Source of the DNA: a virus
DNA: 64,000 nucleotides
IMG/VR virus record: IMGVR_UViG_3300045988_138000
Reading direction: 5' to 3' (one strand)
Of this stretch, positions 44,598 through 52,480 are shown piece by piece. Both the position numbers and the translations under genes were made by a program. Every line of letters starts with the position of its first letter. Within the stretch, counting starts at the first letter, position 1. The notes under the pieces are model-generated. The model did no database searches, was not told the origin of the DNA, and saw only the letters and a list, made by a program, of their open reading frames with translations.

Positions 44598-45005
44598 TTA
44601 TTCCTCCAATTTTACACCGAAAGGAGTACCATCGGCAAAGGTGTAAATATCAAACAAACGCTCAAACAAAACAGAGCCACAACTAAACATAACCCCATCG
44701 TTATGTACATAGTTTATTACTGTTCGCACATTTCGTTCTTTTTCCTTCACCCACCCAAACGGCTGATGCTTTAGCATTTCCTTCCAACACTCTTCTGCGT
44801 TTGCAAATGGGCGATACTTTGGTTTTTGCTCTGGCTTGATGCGATACTCATGACCTTTCATATACCACAAATCTTTTACCTCAGTCCAATCATCCGAAAA
44901 ACCAGAACCTTTTATAAAATCTGGTTTTAGCCTACACTCAATTACCTTTCCTTCAGCAAAAGCCTGCAGGATAGAATAAAATTCTTTTGCTTGATTTCTA
45001 TCCAT
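44598..45005 (-). CDS. hypothetical protein, paralog of 43157..43543
   Basis: See 43157..43543. Ends FGVKLEE. Confidence 0.6.
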   Translation of the reverse strand: MDRNQAKEFYSILQAFAEGKVIECRLKPDFIKGSGFSDDWTEVKDLWYMKGHEYRIKPEQKPKYRPFANAEECWKEMLKHQPFGWVKEKERNVRTVINYVHNDGVMFSCGSVLFERLFDIYTFADGTPFGVKLEE

Positions 45006-45058
45006 AATTAATCTTTTATATTCTTCCTATCCATTCTCCCATAAGGGATGGTTAGTTA

Positions 45059-45271
45059 CTAAAACTCATCAAACTCTTTCCGAAATCTCTGTTCTGTTTC
45101 TGATACAAGTTGCGAGAATTTAGCGTTGAACTCTTTGTCGCATTTGAGCAAAACATCAAGACACTCTCCAAGTGTTATCTTACCAGCAGTTTCTGGCATT
45201 GTTAGCCTTTCCGCTTTTGGAATTAAACTTTTAGCTAAAAAATTAGCACGTTCTAATTGTTCTTTATTCAT
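45059..45271 (-). CDS. hypothetical protein (70 aa)
   Basis: Track ORF in operon. Confidence 0.5.
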   Translation of the reverse strand: MNKEQLERANFLAKSLIPKAERLTMPETAGKITLGECLDVLLKCDKEFNAKFSQLVSETEQRFRKEFDEF

Positions 45272-45302
45272 TGTTATTCTTTTTATGCCCGAGAGCGATT
45301 AG

Positions 45303-46055
45303 TTACTCAATACCGTATGCCTCTGGCAACTTCTTGATAATATCACCGCCATAAGCATCTTGCGTTAATTTGACGAACTCACGAACAGAAGTCTTACCAT
45401 CAAGGGATAACCCTTTGTTTGACATAAAAGCTTCTCTGCCCATACGACAGGAACCGGTAAGCACGTGGTGATAGACGAACAAATCCATATTGTCATACTT
45501 AACATCATACTCAGGAAACTGCTTCATGAAGGCTTCGATTCGTTCCTCTTCGGTGCTGTCGTCGTACAGCTTTTCCTGAAGAGACATGAAAGCATCTTTT
45601 AGAGTGTCGCCATGAGCAAATTGATTGTTCTCTTTGACAATATAGCAAGGTTCAAATTGTAGGTCGTTTTTAACGATGAAGCCTTTCGCTATATTATTAC
45701 GGATTGACTTAAATATAGTAGGAATATTGTCTACCATATAGATTTCTTTACCATTAATTTCTTTTATGCCATCACCATAGCCTTTGCCAGAGCCTGTGCA
45801 ATATAAGGATCCAGAGCCACAATCATTGCCATCGTTATAGGTGCCATAGGTGCTATAGTTAGAGCCATGACCTAAGCCAGAGTCAGAGCCATCACCCATG
45901 CCATCACCCATGCCATCACCAGAGCCATCGCCATTTCCAGAGCAACCACCCCCAGAGCCTTTGCCATAGAAATCGCAAGAGCCAGCGCCAGCACCATTGC
46001 CATTGCCATTACTAATAGCCGAAAACGCCCTTATCTTGTCTTCTAACATTTCCAT
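45303..46055 (-). CDS. protein with an N-terminal Gly/Asp/Ser/Cys-rich repeat region and a conserved-looking C-terminal domain
   Basis: Residues ~15-95 read GNGNGAGAGSCDFYGKGSGGGCSGNGDGSGDGMGDGMGDGSDSG... The C-terminal 150 aa are ordinary globular sequence. Confidence 0.6.
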   Translation of the reverse strand: MEMLEDKIRAFSAISNGNGNGAGAGSCDFYGKGSGGGCSGNGDGSGDGMGDGMGDGSDSGLGHGSNYSTYGTYNDGNDCGSGSLYCTGSGKGYGDGIKEINGKEIYMVDNIPTIFKSIRNNIAKGFIVKNDLQFEPCYIVKENNQFAHGDTLKDAFMSLQEKLYDDSTEEERIEAFMKQFPEYDVKYDNMDLFVYHHVLTGSCRMGREAFMSNKGLSLDGKTSVREFVKLTQDAYGGDIIKKLPEAYGIE

Positions 46056-46342
46056 ACTTCAACATCCTCAATAGATTTGATTGCCTTGTCTGTGCAAGGA
46101 ATAATCTCAATAGCATCTAAGATAGTGATGCTATCTACAGTTACCGTAAACTTGCAAGATGATGGATTCGTTGTTCCGTCCTTGGCAAGCTGAGACAAGG
46201 AAGCCGCTCCAGCCCAAAACCAAATGCGGCGAGCATCCTTCAAAGTTACCTCTCTACCTTTGTGTTCTACAAGTTCTCCAAACTCCACTCCGCTTCTGTC
46301 GCCGCGGATAATTACTTTCTTTCCGATATTTGTTTCCATCAT
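46043..46342 (-). CDS. hypothetical protein (99 aa)
   Basis: Track ORF with a 13-nt overlap with the next gene. Confidence 0.55.
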   Translation of the reverse strand: MMETNIGKKVIIRGDRSGVEFGELVEHKGREVTLKDARRIWFWAGAASLSQLAKDGTTNPSSCKFTVTVDSITILDAIEIIPCTDKAIKSIEDVEVWKC

Positions 46343-46368
46343 TTAAATTACTTATTTTTTTGATTAAT

Positions 46369-46989
46369 TTATTTTTTGTTGTTTTGACTGAAGACGTAAA
46401 CAGGGAGGGCGTTGGGATGAGGAAGATACCATCCAGGCTTGTTAATTTCGCAACGAGTGAAAATTTCTGTACCTTCTCCTGTTGTATAGACCAATAAATA
46501 ACCGTAATCAGCAGGCACCTGCCAACACTGCAATACTATCGTCCAATATAGCTGAACCTCCCAAGGCTTCTCGTTAGGGGAAGACACGGGACTCCGACAG
46601 ACGTAGGGGATAATACTACGAAAAGGCATCACGTCACTTGCCAACTTGCTCGTCCAGAAAACTGGATCTTCGCACGCCGCATCATCCAAATGAAAGCCTA
46701 AAGGGTCACAATAATGAACACGGCGGTGGTGAGCCAGAGATATACTGTTATCAGAAGACAGGTCTAATTTTTGAGTGATTAAATCTCTTTTATCTGCTAT
46801 CCACACGTCACAGCCAAGTCCTGATGGTACTCCGTCTGCAGCGGTGTCCACGTCCACTTGAAGTCTCCTCCATGCTGAGTTCAGTTGTTCTTTATCATCA
46901 ATGCCTCCTATTTTCATTGCACTGTCAATGAAGTCGGAAGGTAGGTCGAAAGTTTCCATCTCGTTAAAAAATACAGATTTCATATACAC
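46369..46989 (-). CDS. hypothetical protein (206 aa)
   Basis: Track ORF in operon. Confidence 0.55.
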   Translation of the reverse strand: MYMKSVFFNEMETFDLPSDFIDSAMKIGGIDDKEQLNSAWRRLQVDVDTAADGVPSGLGCDVWIADKRDLITQKLDLSSDNSISLAHHRRVHYCDPLGFHLDDAACEDPVFWTSKLASDVMPFRSIIPYVCRSPVSSPNEKPWEVQLYWTIVLQCWQVPADYGYLLVYTTGEGTEIFTRCEINKPGWYLPHPNALPVYVFSQNNKK

Positions 46990-47603
46990 TCTGCCTGATC
47001 CTTGTTCAGTTCCTGGTACTCCTTCTCTTTCTGCTCCAACAGCTCTTCAAGCGACAGGGTGGTATTGACGAGTGGGGCAGTGATATAATTGTATGGCAGA
47101 CAGAAGCTGTAACCTTCGTTGTCGGTAGTGCGGAAAGGATAATGGTCCTCACGGTCGTCCTTATTACGAAATATGGCAGCACGCCACTCGGAGTTTCGGA
47201 AGTCGCGGACCAACACTTTCTCGAAAGGATCAAACTCATATTCAGGCATCAATTCAATAAGCCTCTGCATCTCATGTCTGATGCCCTCATTAATCTTCTT
47301 ATTCATTTCTGTAATAGTATCGGCGTCAGGATCATCATCGTGCTGCCTATCAGACTGATGGTGTTCCTTACTCAGAAATCTGCGCATAAGTGACATGATA
47401 AAATGACATACAAGTAACAATATACAGAAAAAAGCAATAACGCTAACTACTGCCATACGCCCGGCATCATACGCTACAATAAAGGACGGATCAGGATTGA
47501 TGCTTATTGCCATCTTTCTTAAAACGATGCCAAAGGCCATCGCGAAAAAACCGAATGCTAATGAAGCACAGAACACAACAAAAATTTGCTTAAATTTCTT
47601 CAT
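46980..47603 (-). CDS. membrane protein (207 aa, two N-terminal TM helices)
   Basis: IFVVFCASLAFGFFAMAFGIVL and MAVVSVIAFFCILLLVCHFIM. Confidence 0.55.
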   Translation of the reverse strand: MKKFKQIFVVFCASLAFGFFAMAFGIVLRKMAISINPDPSFIVAYDAGRMAVVSVIAFFCILLLVCHFIMSLMRRFLSKEHHQSDRQHDDDPDADTITEMNKKINEGIRHEMQRLIELMPEYEFDPFEKVLVRDFRNSEWRAAIFRNKDDREDHYPFRTTDNEGYSFCLPYNYITAPLVNTTLSLEELLEQKEKEYQELNKDQAECI

Positions 47604-47651
47604 TCTTATTTGATATTAAATATTTAATAATAGGACATTGCTTTCTCTTTT

Positions 47652-48038
47652 TCAGTCTTCGGGGAAGAGTGACGGATTAGCCAGCTTCCGCTTCGCCTCC
47701 ATCGCAGCCATCTCCTTGATGCGTTCCGACCGCAGGCGAAACTCCTCGGCCTTGAGTGCTTTCTTCAGTTCGGCGCGATCGACTCGGTTGTTGGCCTGTA
47801 CGACACGGATGAAACGCTCCCTGCCCAACTTCTTGTAAGATGGAATAAACTCGCTGTCTATCAGGTCGGCTGGCTCCTTGGGCGGTATATAAGTCCAGTT
47901 TCGGCTGCCCTCCTTGTTGACAACATAAAAGGTATGTTGCTTGCCATCGTCGCCTTTCACGACGATACCGCCCGTATGTCGGGCGATGCTGAAGCAGGAT
48001 GTCATCCAACTCTCCTTGGTCATTAATATACTTTTCAT
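47652..48038 (-). CDS. hypothetical protein (128 aa)
   Basis: Track ORF. The alternative-frame ORF 47677..48054 is Arg/Gly junk. Confidence 0.55.
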   Translation of the reverse strand: MKSILMTKESWMTSCFSIARHTGGIVVKGDDGKQHTFYVVNKEGSRNWTYIPPKEPADLIDSEFIPSYKKLGRERFIRVVQANNRVDRAELKKALKAEEFRLRSERIKEMAAMEAKRKLANPSLFPED

Positions 48039-48199
48039 GCCGAAAACTCCTCACATTTTTCTATCCGTTGATACTGCACATACTTCTTATGGCGCAGGCA
48101 ATAGATGCCTCCAACGCAAGCCCGGCTGAAACTACAGGTCAGACAAACGAGACAAGACAATGAAGTCTGCGATAAGTTGTAGTGGTTTTTGTTTACCAT
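48035..48199 (-). CDS. small Cys-rich protein (54 aa), first gene after early promoter 2
   Basis: My translation is MVNKNHYNLSQTSLSCLVCLTCSFSRACVGGIYCLRHKKYVQYQRIEKCEEFSA. ATGA overlap with 47652..48038. Below the track cut-off. Confidence 0.5.
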   Translation of the reverse strand: MVNKNHYNLSQTSLSCLVCLTCSFSRACVGGIYCLRHKKYVQYQRIEKCEEFSA

Positions 48200-48237
48200 A
48201 TTGTAATATCACGGATATGTTATTATTTATTTCGTTG

Positions 48238-48268
48238 CAAATTTAAGAAATAAAGTCGTAATCACAAA
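48238..48268 (-). promoter_or_regulatory. Bacteroidota sigma-A type promoter (early module 2)
   Basis: Minus strand TTTG-N19-TAAATTTG, 39 nt upstream of ATG 48199. Confidence 0.65.
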
Positions 48269-48421
48269 ATATCTCGGGTATTTTGTTGTACTTTTAGGTG
48301 ATATTTAAGATATTTTTAACAATAGTCCGTTGATAATTGTTTTGTAAGTGGTTTTAGTACGGGGCGTAATAGCCATCAGCAGCACGCCCTAAAGGGCGTG
48401 TAGGGAAGAACAACTTTATCA

Positions 48422-48586
48422 CTACCCTTCTCGGTAGAAGTCGTCATTATCGCTAAACCGCGACTTGCTTGTGTCCTTCTTCTCGTCATCACCTGGCTCG
48501 GGCTTGCCGAACAGTGTGAGCAAACAGGCAATGACGAAAGTACACAACATATAGATAAAAAACAAGTACACGATGAAATTCAACAT
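48422..48586 (-). CDS. small membrane protein (54 aa)
   Basis: My translation is MLNFIVYLFFIYMLCTFVIACLLTLFGKPEPGDDEKKDTSKSRFSDNDDFYREG. It starts 8 nt after the stop of 48594..49187. Followed by the hairpin ACGCCC-TAAA-GGGCGT (~48386-48401). Confidence 0.5.
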   Translation of the reverse strand: MLNFIVYLFFIYMLCTFVIACLLTLFGKPEPGDDEKKDTSKSRFSDNDDFYREG

Positions 48587-48593
48587 ACGCGTC

Positions 48594-49187
48594 CTAATCT
48601 TCGTCGCTGCCGTGGCTGCTCACGAGCGACGACTTGACATCATCATACATAGCCATTTCCAACTTCTCTCCGTCGTAATGACCAACAGCCAAGAGCTGTC
48701 CGTTCTCCTCGGTGGCAGAGTCGGCGGTGGTAGCAGACGCACGGATGATGAGAATGTCGAACTCACGTATCAGATTAGGCAGTTGCTCTAAGGGTATCTG
48801 CTCCATGAAGCTGCGGGCATGTTGTCGGATGCGCAATACATCAGCATCCGTCAGGGGCGCTCCCCTCTCCTCCTGGGCTTTACGGGCGGCTGCAACCTCT
48901 ATCTCGATGCGCTTCTGCTCGTAAGCCTCGTTGATTAACTTAAAGTTCTGCCAGTCGCAAACTTTTTTCAGGAAACCTTCAAACAGGGCAGCGCCCAGTC
49001 CTAACTCCACCATGGCCAACGATTCCTCGATGAGAAGCATACGGTTCTTGACTTGCCAGAAAATGAGATTGCGCCGACTAAATTCGTCGATAATGGCAAA
49101 GGAGGCAGCCACGTTGCGAAGCTCACGCTGCCGTGCTTTCTTGCTTATGCTTTTGCCCTTACTTTTTTTTCTGAATGGATTTTTCAT
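48594..49187 (-). CDS. hypothetical protein (197 aa)
   Basis: Track ORF. Plus-strand ORFs here judged spurious. Confidence 0.55.
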   Translation of the reverse strand: MKNPFRKKSKGKSISKKARQRELRNVAASFAIIDEFSRRNLIFWQVKNRMLLIEESLAMVELGLGAALFEGFLKKVCDWQNFKLINEAYEQKRIEIEVAAARKAQEERGAPLTDADVLRIRQHARSFMEQIPLEQLPNLIREFDILIIRASATTADSATEENGQLLAVGHYDGEKLEMAMYDDVKSSLVSSHGSDED

Positions 49188-49467
49188 ATCTAATATTTTT
49201 AAAACGTTTTAAATAAGAACCCTTCTATTCTCACGAACCAAAGGGCGAAAGTATGAAATTCTTAAAAAACAACGATGCACAGACAAGCTGCGCTTTTTTT
49301 GATCTTTGTTCTCCAGCCCTTTCTCACGAGAGAGCTGGAGGAAATGTAACATTATAATTTCTTAAAAACCTAATACGGACCATTTCGCTAAATGGTACTA
49401 AGAACATTATATAAAAATTATATAGAAATGAATATAATAAGATAATTTCATTGATAAGGCGAGAAAA

Positions 49468-49782
49468 TTAGTGGGTGATAAACCTCGTGCCGTCAATCTC
49501 AAGCACCAGGATGTCGTTCACTACCCTCACCTCGCCACTATCGACAAACTGCACCTTGCGCTGATGACGATTTACGTCAACAGACAGGCATACGCAGTTG
49601 CCTTCATCGACATGGCCTGTCTTGGTGAGAAACTTGATGTAGAACGGCACACGCTCCACCTTTCTCGCTGTCTGCGGATGTACGTAGCCTGTCACTACAC
49701 GCCCGCTGCGTGGGTCTATCCATCGCCACTTCTCCGTGTAGCGACGTATCTCCGTATATGATTGTCGAGGTGTCTTATTCAT
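49468..49782 (-). CDS. hypothetical protein (104 aa)
   Basis: Track ORF in operon. Confidence 0.55.
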   Translation of the reverse strand: MNKTPRQSYTEIRRYTEKWRWIDPRSGRVVTGYVHPQTARKVERVPFYIKFLTKTGHVDEGNCVCLSVDVNRHQRKVQFVDSGEVRVVNDILVLEIDGTRFITH

Positions 49783-49791
49783 ATTCCTTCA

Positions 49792-50466
49792 TTATATATT
49801 GCCAAAATTGTGATGGTCGTGCGAGCTGTCCTCGCCCTCCTTATTCTTATAGGGTGGGAAGTCAGCCCGCAGAAAAGCCGCCAACTCTGCCTCGTTCACA
49901 TCTCTTTTGTCCTTGTGCACGCGCTGTCGGTGTCGCAACACGTCGGGGAAGAGAATGTTCCTGATAGGATTGCCCCAGTCGAGGTCGTTGATGCTAAGAC
50001 TGTAGTCGGGATAAAACATGAGTGTATAGCCCGACAACCTTCCGCTGGGTCGTTCCGTCATGTGCCCCTGCAGTATCAGCGCACGGGCATTGTTATACAA
50101 TACCATGTGCGCCGCTACCGACGACACATCGCCGTTAAAGGTGTAGAGTATCTTGTCCTTATAGTCCTTCAGATACTTATCCATCATGTCGTCTATGTTG
50201 CGCCCCGTCGAAAGAATGAGATGGGAAATCCAGTCTCGCTCAAAGCACTGCGCCAGGAATGCCAGCATCTCGTTGGAGACCACCGGCATCGCCAGTACAA
50301 GGACGTGCCGACTGATCATCTCATAGCTGATGGCTCGATAGAACTTCTCTGCCGTCACGTCGCCGTGGGTATAGAAAGAAAGCATCCTGCGTGGAGCTTC
50401 CTTCATTGCCTTCGGCAACATCTTGTTCACACAGCAGGGAGGGATAAATAACAATGTGTCGTCCAT
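49792..50466 (-). CDS. hypothetical protein (224 aa)
   Basis: Track ORF directly downstream of the clamp gene. The antisense ORF 49762..50451 judged a GC artefact. Confidence 0.55.
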   Translation of the reverse strand: MDDTLLFIPPCCVNKMLPKAMKEAPRRMLSFYTHGDVTAEKFYRAISYEMISRHVLVLAMPVVSNEMLAFLAQCFERDWISHLILSTGRNIDDMMDKYLKDYKDKILYTFNGDVSSVAAHMVLYNNARALILQGHMTERPSGRLSGYTLMFYPDYSLSINDLDWGNPIRNILFPDVLRHRQRVHKDKRDVNEAELAAFLRADFPPYKNKEGEDSSHDHHNFGNI

Positions 50467-50487
50467 TTCTTCTTTTTCTAAAAGGGG

Positions 50488-51684
50488 TTATTCTTCAAGC
50501 AGTATAGGCATCAACAGCGTCAACGTTGTCGGTGCTGGAGTGTTGGCTGTAAGTACTCCAGCACGGCTGGGGTCGGCGAGCTGAATGCGGATGGAATCGT
50601 CAGGAATGCCCGTTACGGTATCAAGCAGGTTATGGTAGTTGAAACCTATCGTAAATCCGTCGTTGCATTTGCTGTCCGTTATCAGCACCTGGTCTTCAGC
50701 TTTCTTGCTGAAGTCAATATCACTTGCGCAGATATTCAGGAACATTCCATCCTTCTTCAATGCCACGATATGGGAACTTGCACTACTGAAGAGCGCCACA
50801 CGTTTGACGACAGAGATAAGTTCCTTCTTGTCAACGACCACGTAGTAGGGGTTATTGGTCGGGATGACAGACTTATAGTTGGGGTATTTGCCCTCCACGG
50901 CCTTGCACATGTACTCTATATCGTTGCCGGAAAAGAGGATAGCCTTTCCGTCGGTCTGGATGTCTATCTGTTCGCTGTCATCAAAGACAGACAATGTGCG
51001 GAAGAATGAGGAGTGGACCAATATCTGTGTAGGTTCTCCACTGCGATAGAAATTGCTACCGCCAGTCTCGGGGTTGTTGCTGTGGGTCACCTTGAAAAGA
51101 ATGCGTCCGTCGGTAGCGACAAAGACCACTTCGCTGCGGTCCTCTGCTATATCGATGCACAGGGTGCTCAAGATAGGACGGAGGTCATCGTTGAGAACAA
51201 ACTTGCCTGCCTTTGAAATGACTGACTTAAAGACAGACGAAGGCAGAGAGATGTGCGTCTTCTCCTGATTGAGATCTCTCGCTTCTGGGAAGTCGTCGCC
51301 GGCAAAGAAGGGCAGAGAAATGTTGCCCGACTTCACATTGTCGCCATTATGAGTGCAATACTCAATATTCATCATGTGGCTTTCGTCTTCCGACAAGTCC
51401 ATGGTGAGCACACACTCGGGAGGCAGAGTACCTAACAGGTTTGTGATGCTGACGATAGGCAATACGACGGGCTTAGAGAAGCTGCCCTCCACGATGTCGA
51501 GAGGCGCGGGGATGGTGAGCTGTGTATCGTCAGAGCCTGTGACGAAGAAGAATTTACCGTCCTTCTTGCTCTGTCGCAGAAGGACATCGGCAAGAAGGGC
51601 GACGGAAGGCTTGCTCTCAATGCCCTTTGCTGCCTTCTGCAGGGCTTGTCGAAGCAGAAGTACGGATGGAGTCTGTAATTTCAT
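50488..51684 (-). CDS. dnaN: DNA polymerase III beta sliding clamp homolog
   Basis: VATDGRILF, EGKYPNYKSVIP and GFNYHNLLD match conserved DnaN blocks. 398 aa. Confidence 0.85.
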   Translation of the reverse strand: MKLQTPSVLLLRQALQKAAKGIESKPSVALLADVLLRQSKKDGKFFFVTGSDDTQLTIPAPLDIVEGSFSKPVVLPIVSITNLLGTLPPECVLTMDLSEDESHMMNIEYCTHNGDNVKSGNISLPFFAGDDFPEARDLNQEKTHISLPSSVFKSVISKAGKFVLNDDLRPILSTLCIDIAEDRSEVVFVATDGRILFKVTHSNNPETGGSNFYRSGEPTQILVHSSFFRTLSVFDDSEQIDIQTDGKAILFSGNDIEYMCKAVEGKYPNYKSVIPTNNPYYVVVDKKELISVVKRVALFSSASSHIVALKKDGMFLNICASDIDFSKKAEDQVLITDSKCNDGFTIGFNYHNLLDTVTGIPDDSIRIQLADPSRAGVLTANTPAPTTLTLLMPILLEE

Positions 51685-51720
51685 ATACTGAATGTTTTAT
51701 ATTTTTACTAAGGAAAGAGT

Positions 51721-51785
51721 GAGGAGTCCGCTCTGCAATTCTGAAGGGGAAAGCATCCTTCGCAGAAACAGAGTCGGACTGCCTC
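51721..51785 (-). terminator. long interrupted hairpin (~20 bp) between the SSB-like and clamp genes; attenuator or processing-site candidate
   Basis: GAGG-AGTCCG-CTCTG...GAAGG-N9-CCTTC...CAGAG-CGGACT-CCTC nested stems, followed on the minus strand by CUCUUUCCUU. Confidence 0.45.
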
Positions 51786-51822
51786 GTCAAACAACTAAAG
51801 ATTAGAAAATGAATATTCTTTT

Positions 51823-52431
51823 TTAGAATGGCAGGTCGTCGGGATTCATATCCGCATCTGGTACAAACGGATCGGAAGAGCCGTCGGCTGGTGGTACGTA
51901 AGTATTGGCGCCGTTGACTGCCGAATAAGCCTGTGTAGGATAAGGCTGGCTGTTGCCTGTCGACTGTGGCTGGTATAATTGTGCGATACGCTTGTTCATC
52001 CTGGCACGGATAGCCTTGAAGAGATGAGTGTTCTCATCATTGAAATTTTCATTCACGATGTTGGGATCTTTCTCTTTGTTGGCCTCTTTCACCTGCTCTA
52101 CCAACTTAGGGAAGTTTTTAGCGATAGCCTTGATATAGTCTACTGAGAAAGACAGTTGCATCTCGTGTGTAGGAACACTCACGTTACTGTCGCCTCGCTC
52201 CTGAGCAGACTGGCGCACCTTGTTCTTGTACTGTTCGTTGAAAGGCCAAATGTTCACTCTCAACTTAGCCATTTGTCTGTTTGCGTCATTCTTCGACACT
52301 TCCACTCTAATCTCGTTGAGGTCACAAGGAATACAAACGTAGGGTCTTTGTGGATTTTTCGCATCGATACCTACAAGCACCTGTGTGCCATTCAACGATA
52401 ACAAATCAATATTACCATTATAGCTTGCCAT
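51823..52431 (-). CDS. putative ssDNA-binding protein with an SSB-type acidic tip (…NPDDLPF)
   Basis: Sits between the primase-helicase and clamp genes. Gln/Pro/Gly-rich linker and a terminal DDLPF like the bacterial SSB tip. The OB fold was not verifiable by eye. Confidence 0.45.
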   Translation of the reverse strand: MASYNGNIDLLSLNGTQVLVGIDAKNPQRPYVCIPCDLNEIRVEVSKNDANRQMAKLRVNIWPFNEQYKNKVRQSAQERGDSNVSVPTHEMQLSFSVDYIKAIAKNFPKLVEQVKEANKEKDPNIVNENFNDENTHLFKAIRARMNKRIAQLYQPQSTGNSQPYPTQAYSAVNGANTYVPPADGSSDPFVPDADMNPDDLPF

Positions 52432-52480
52432 AATTTATTGTTTTTATGTTGTTAAAAAATTAATATCCTTTCCGATTCTG

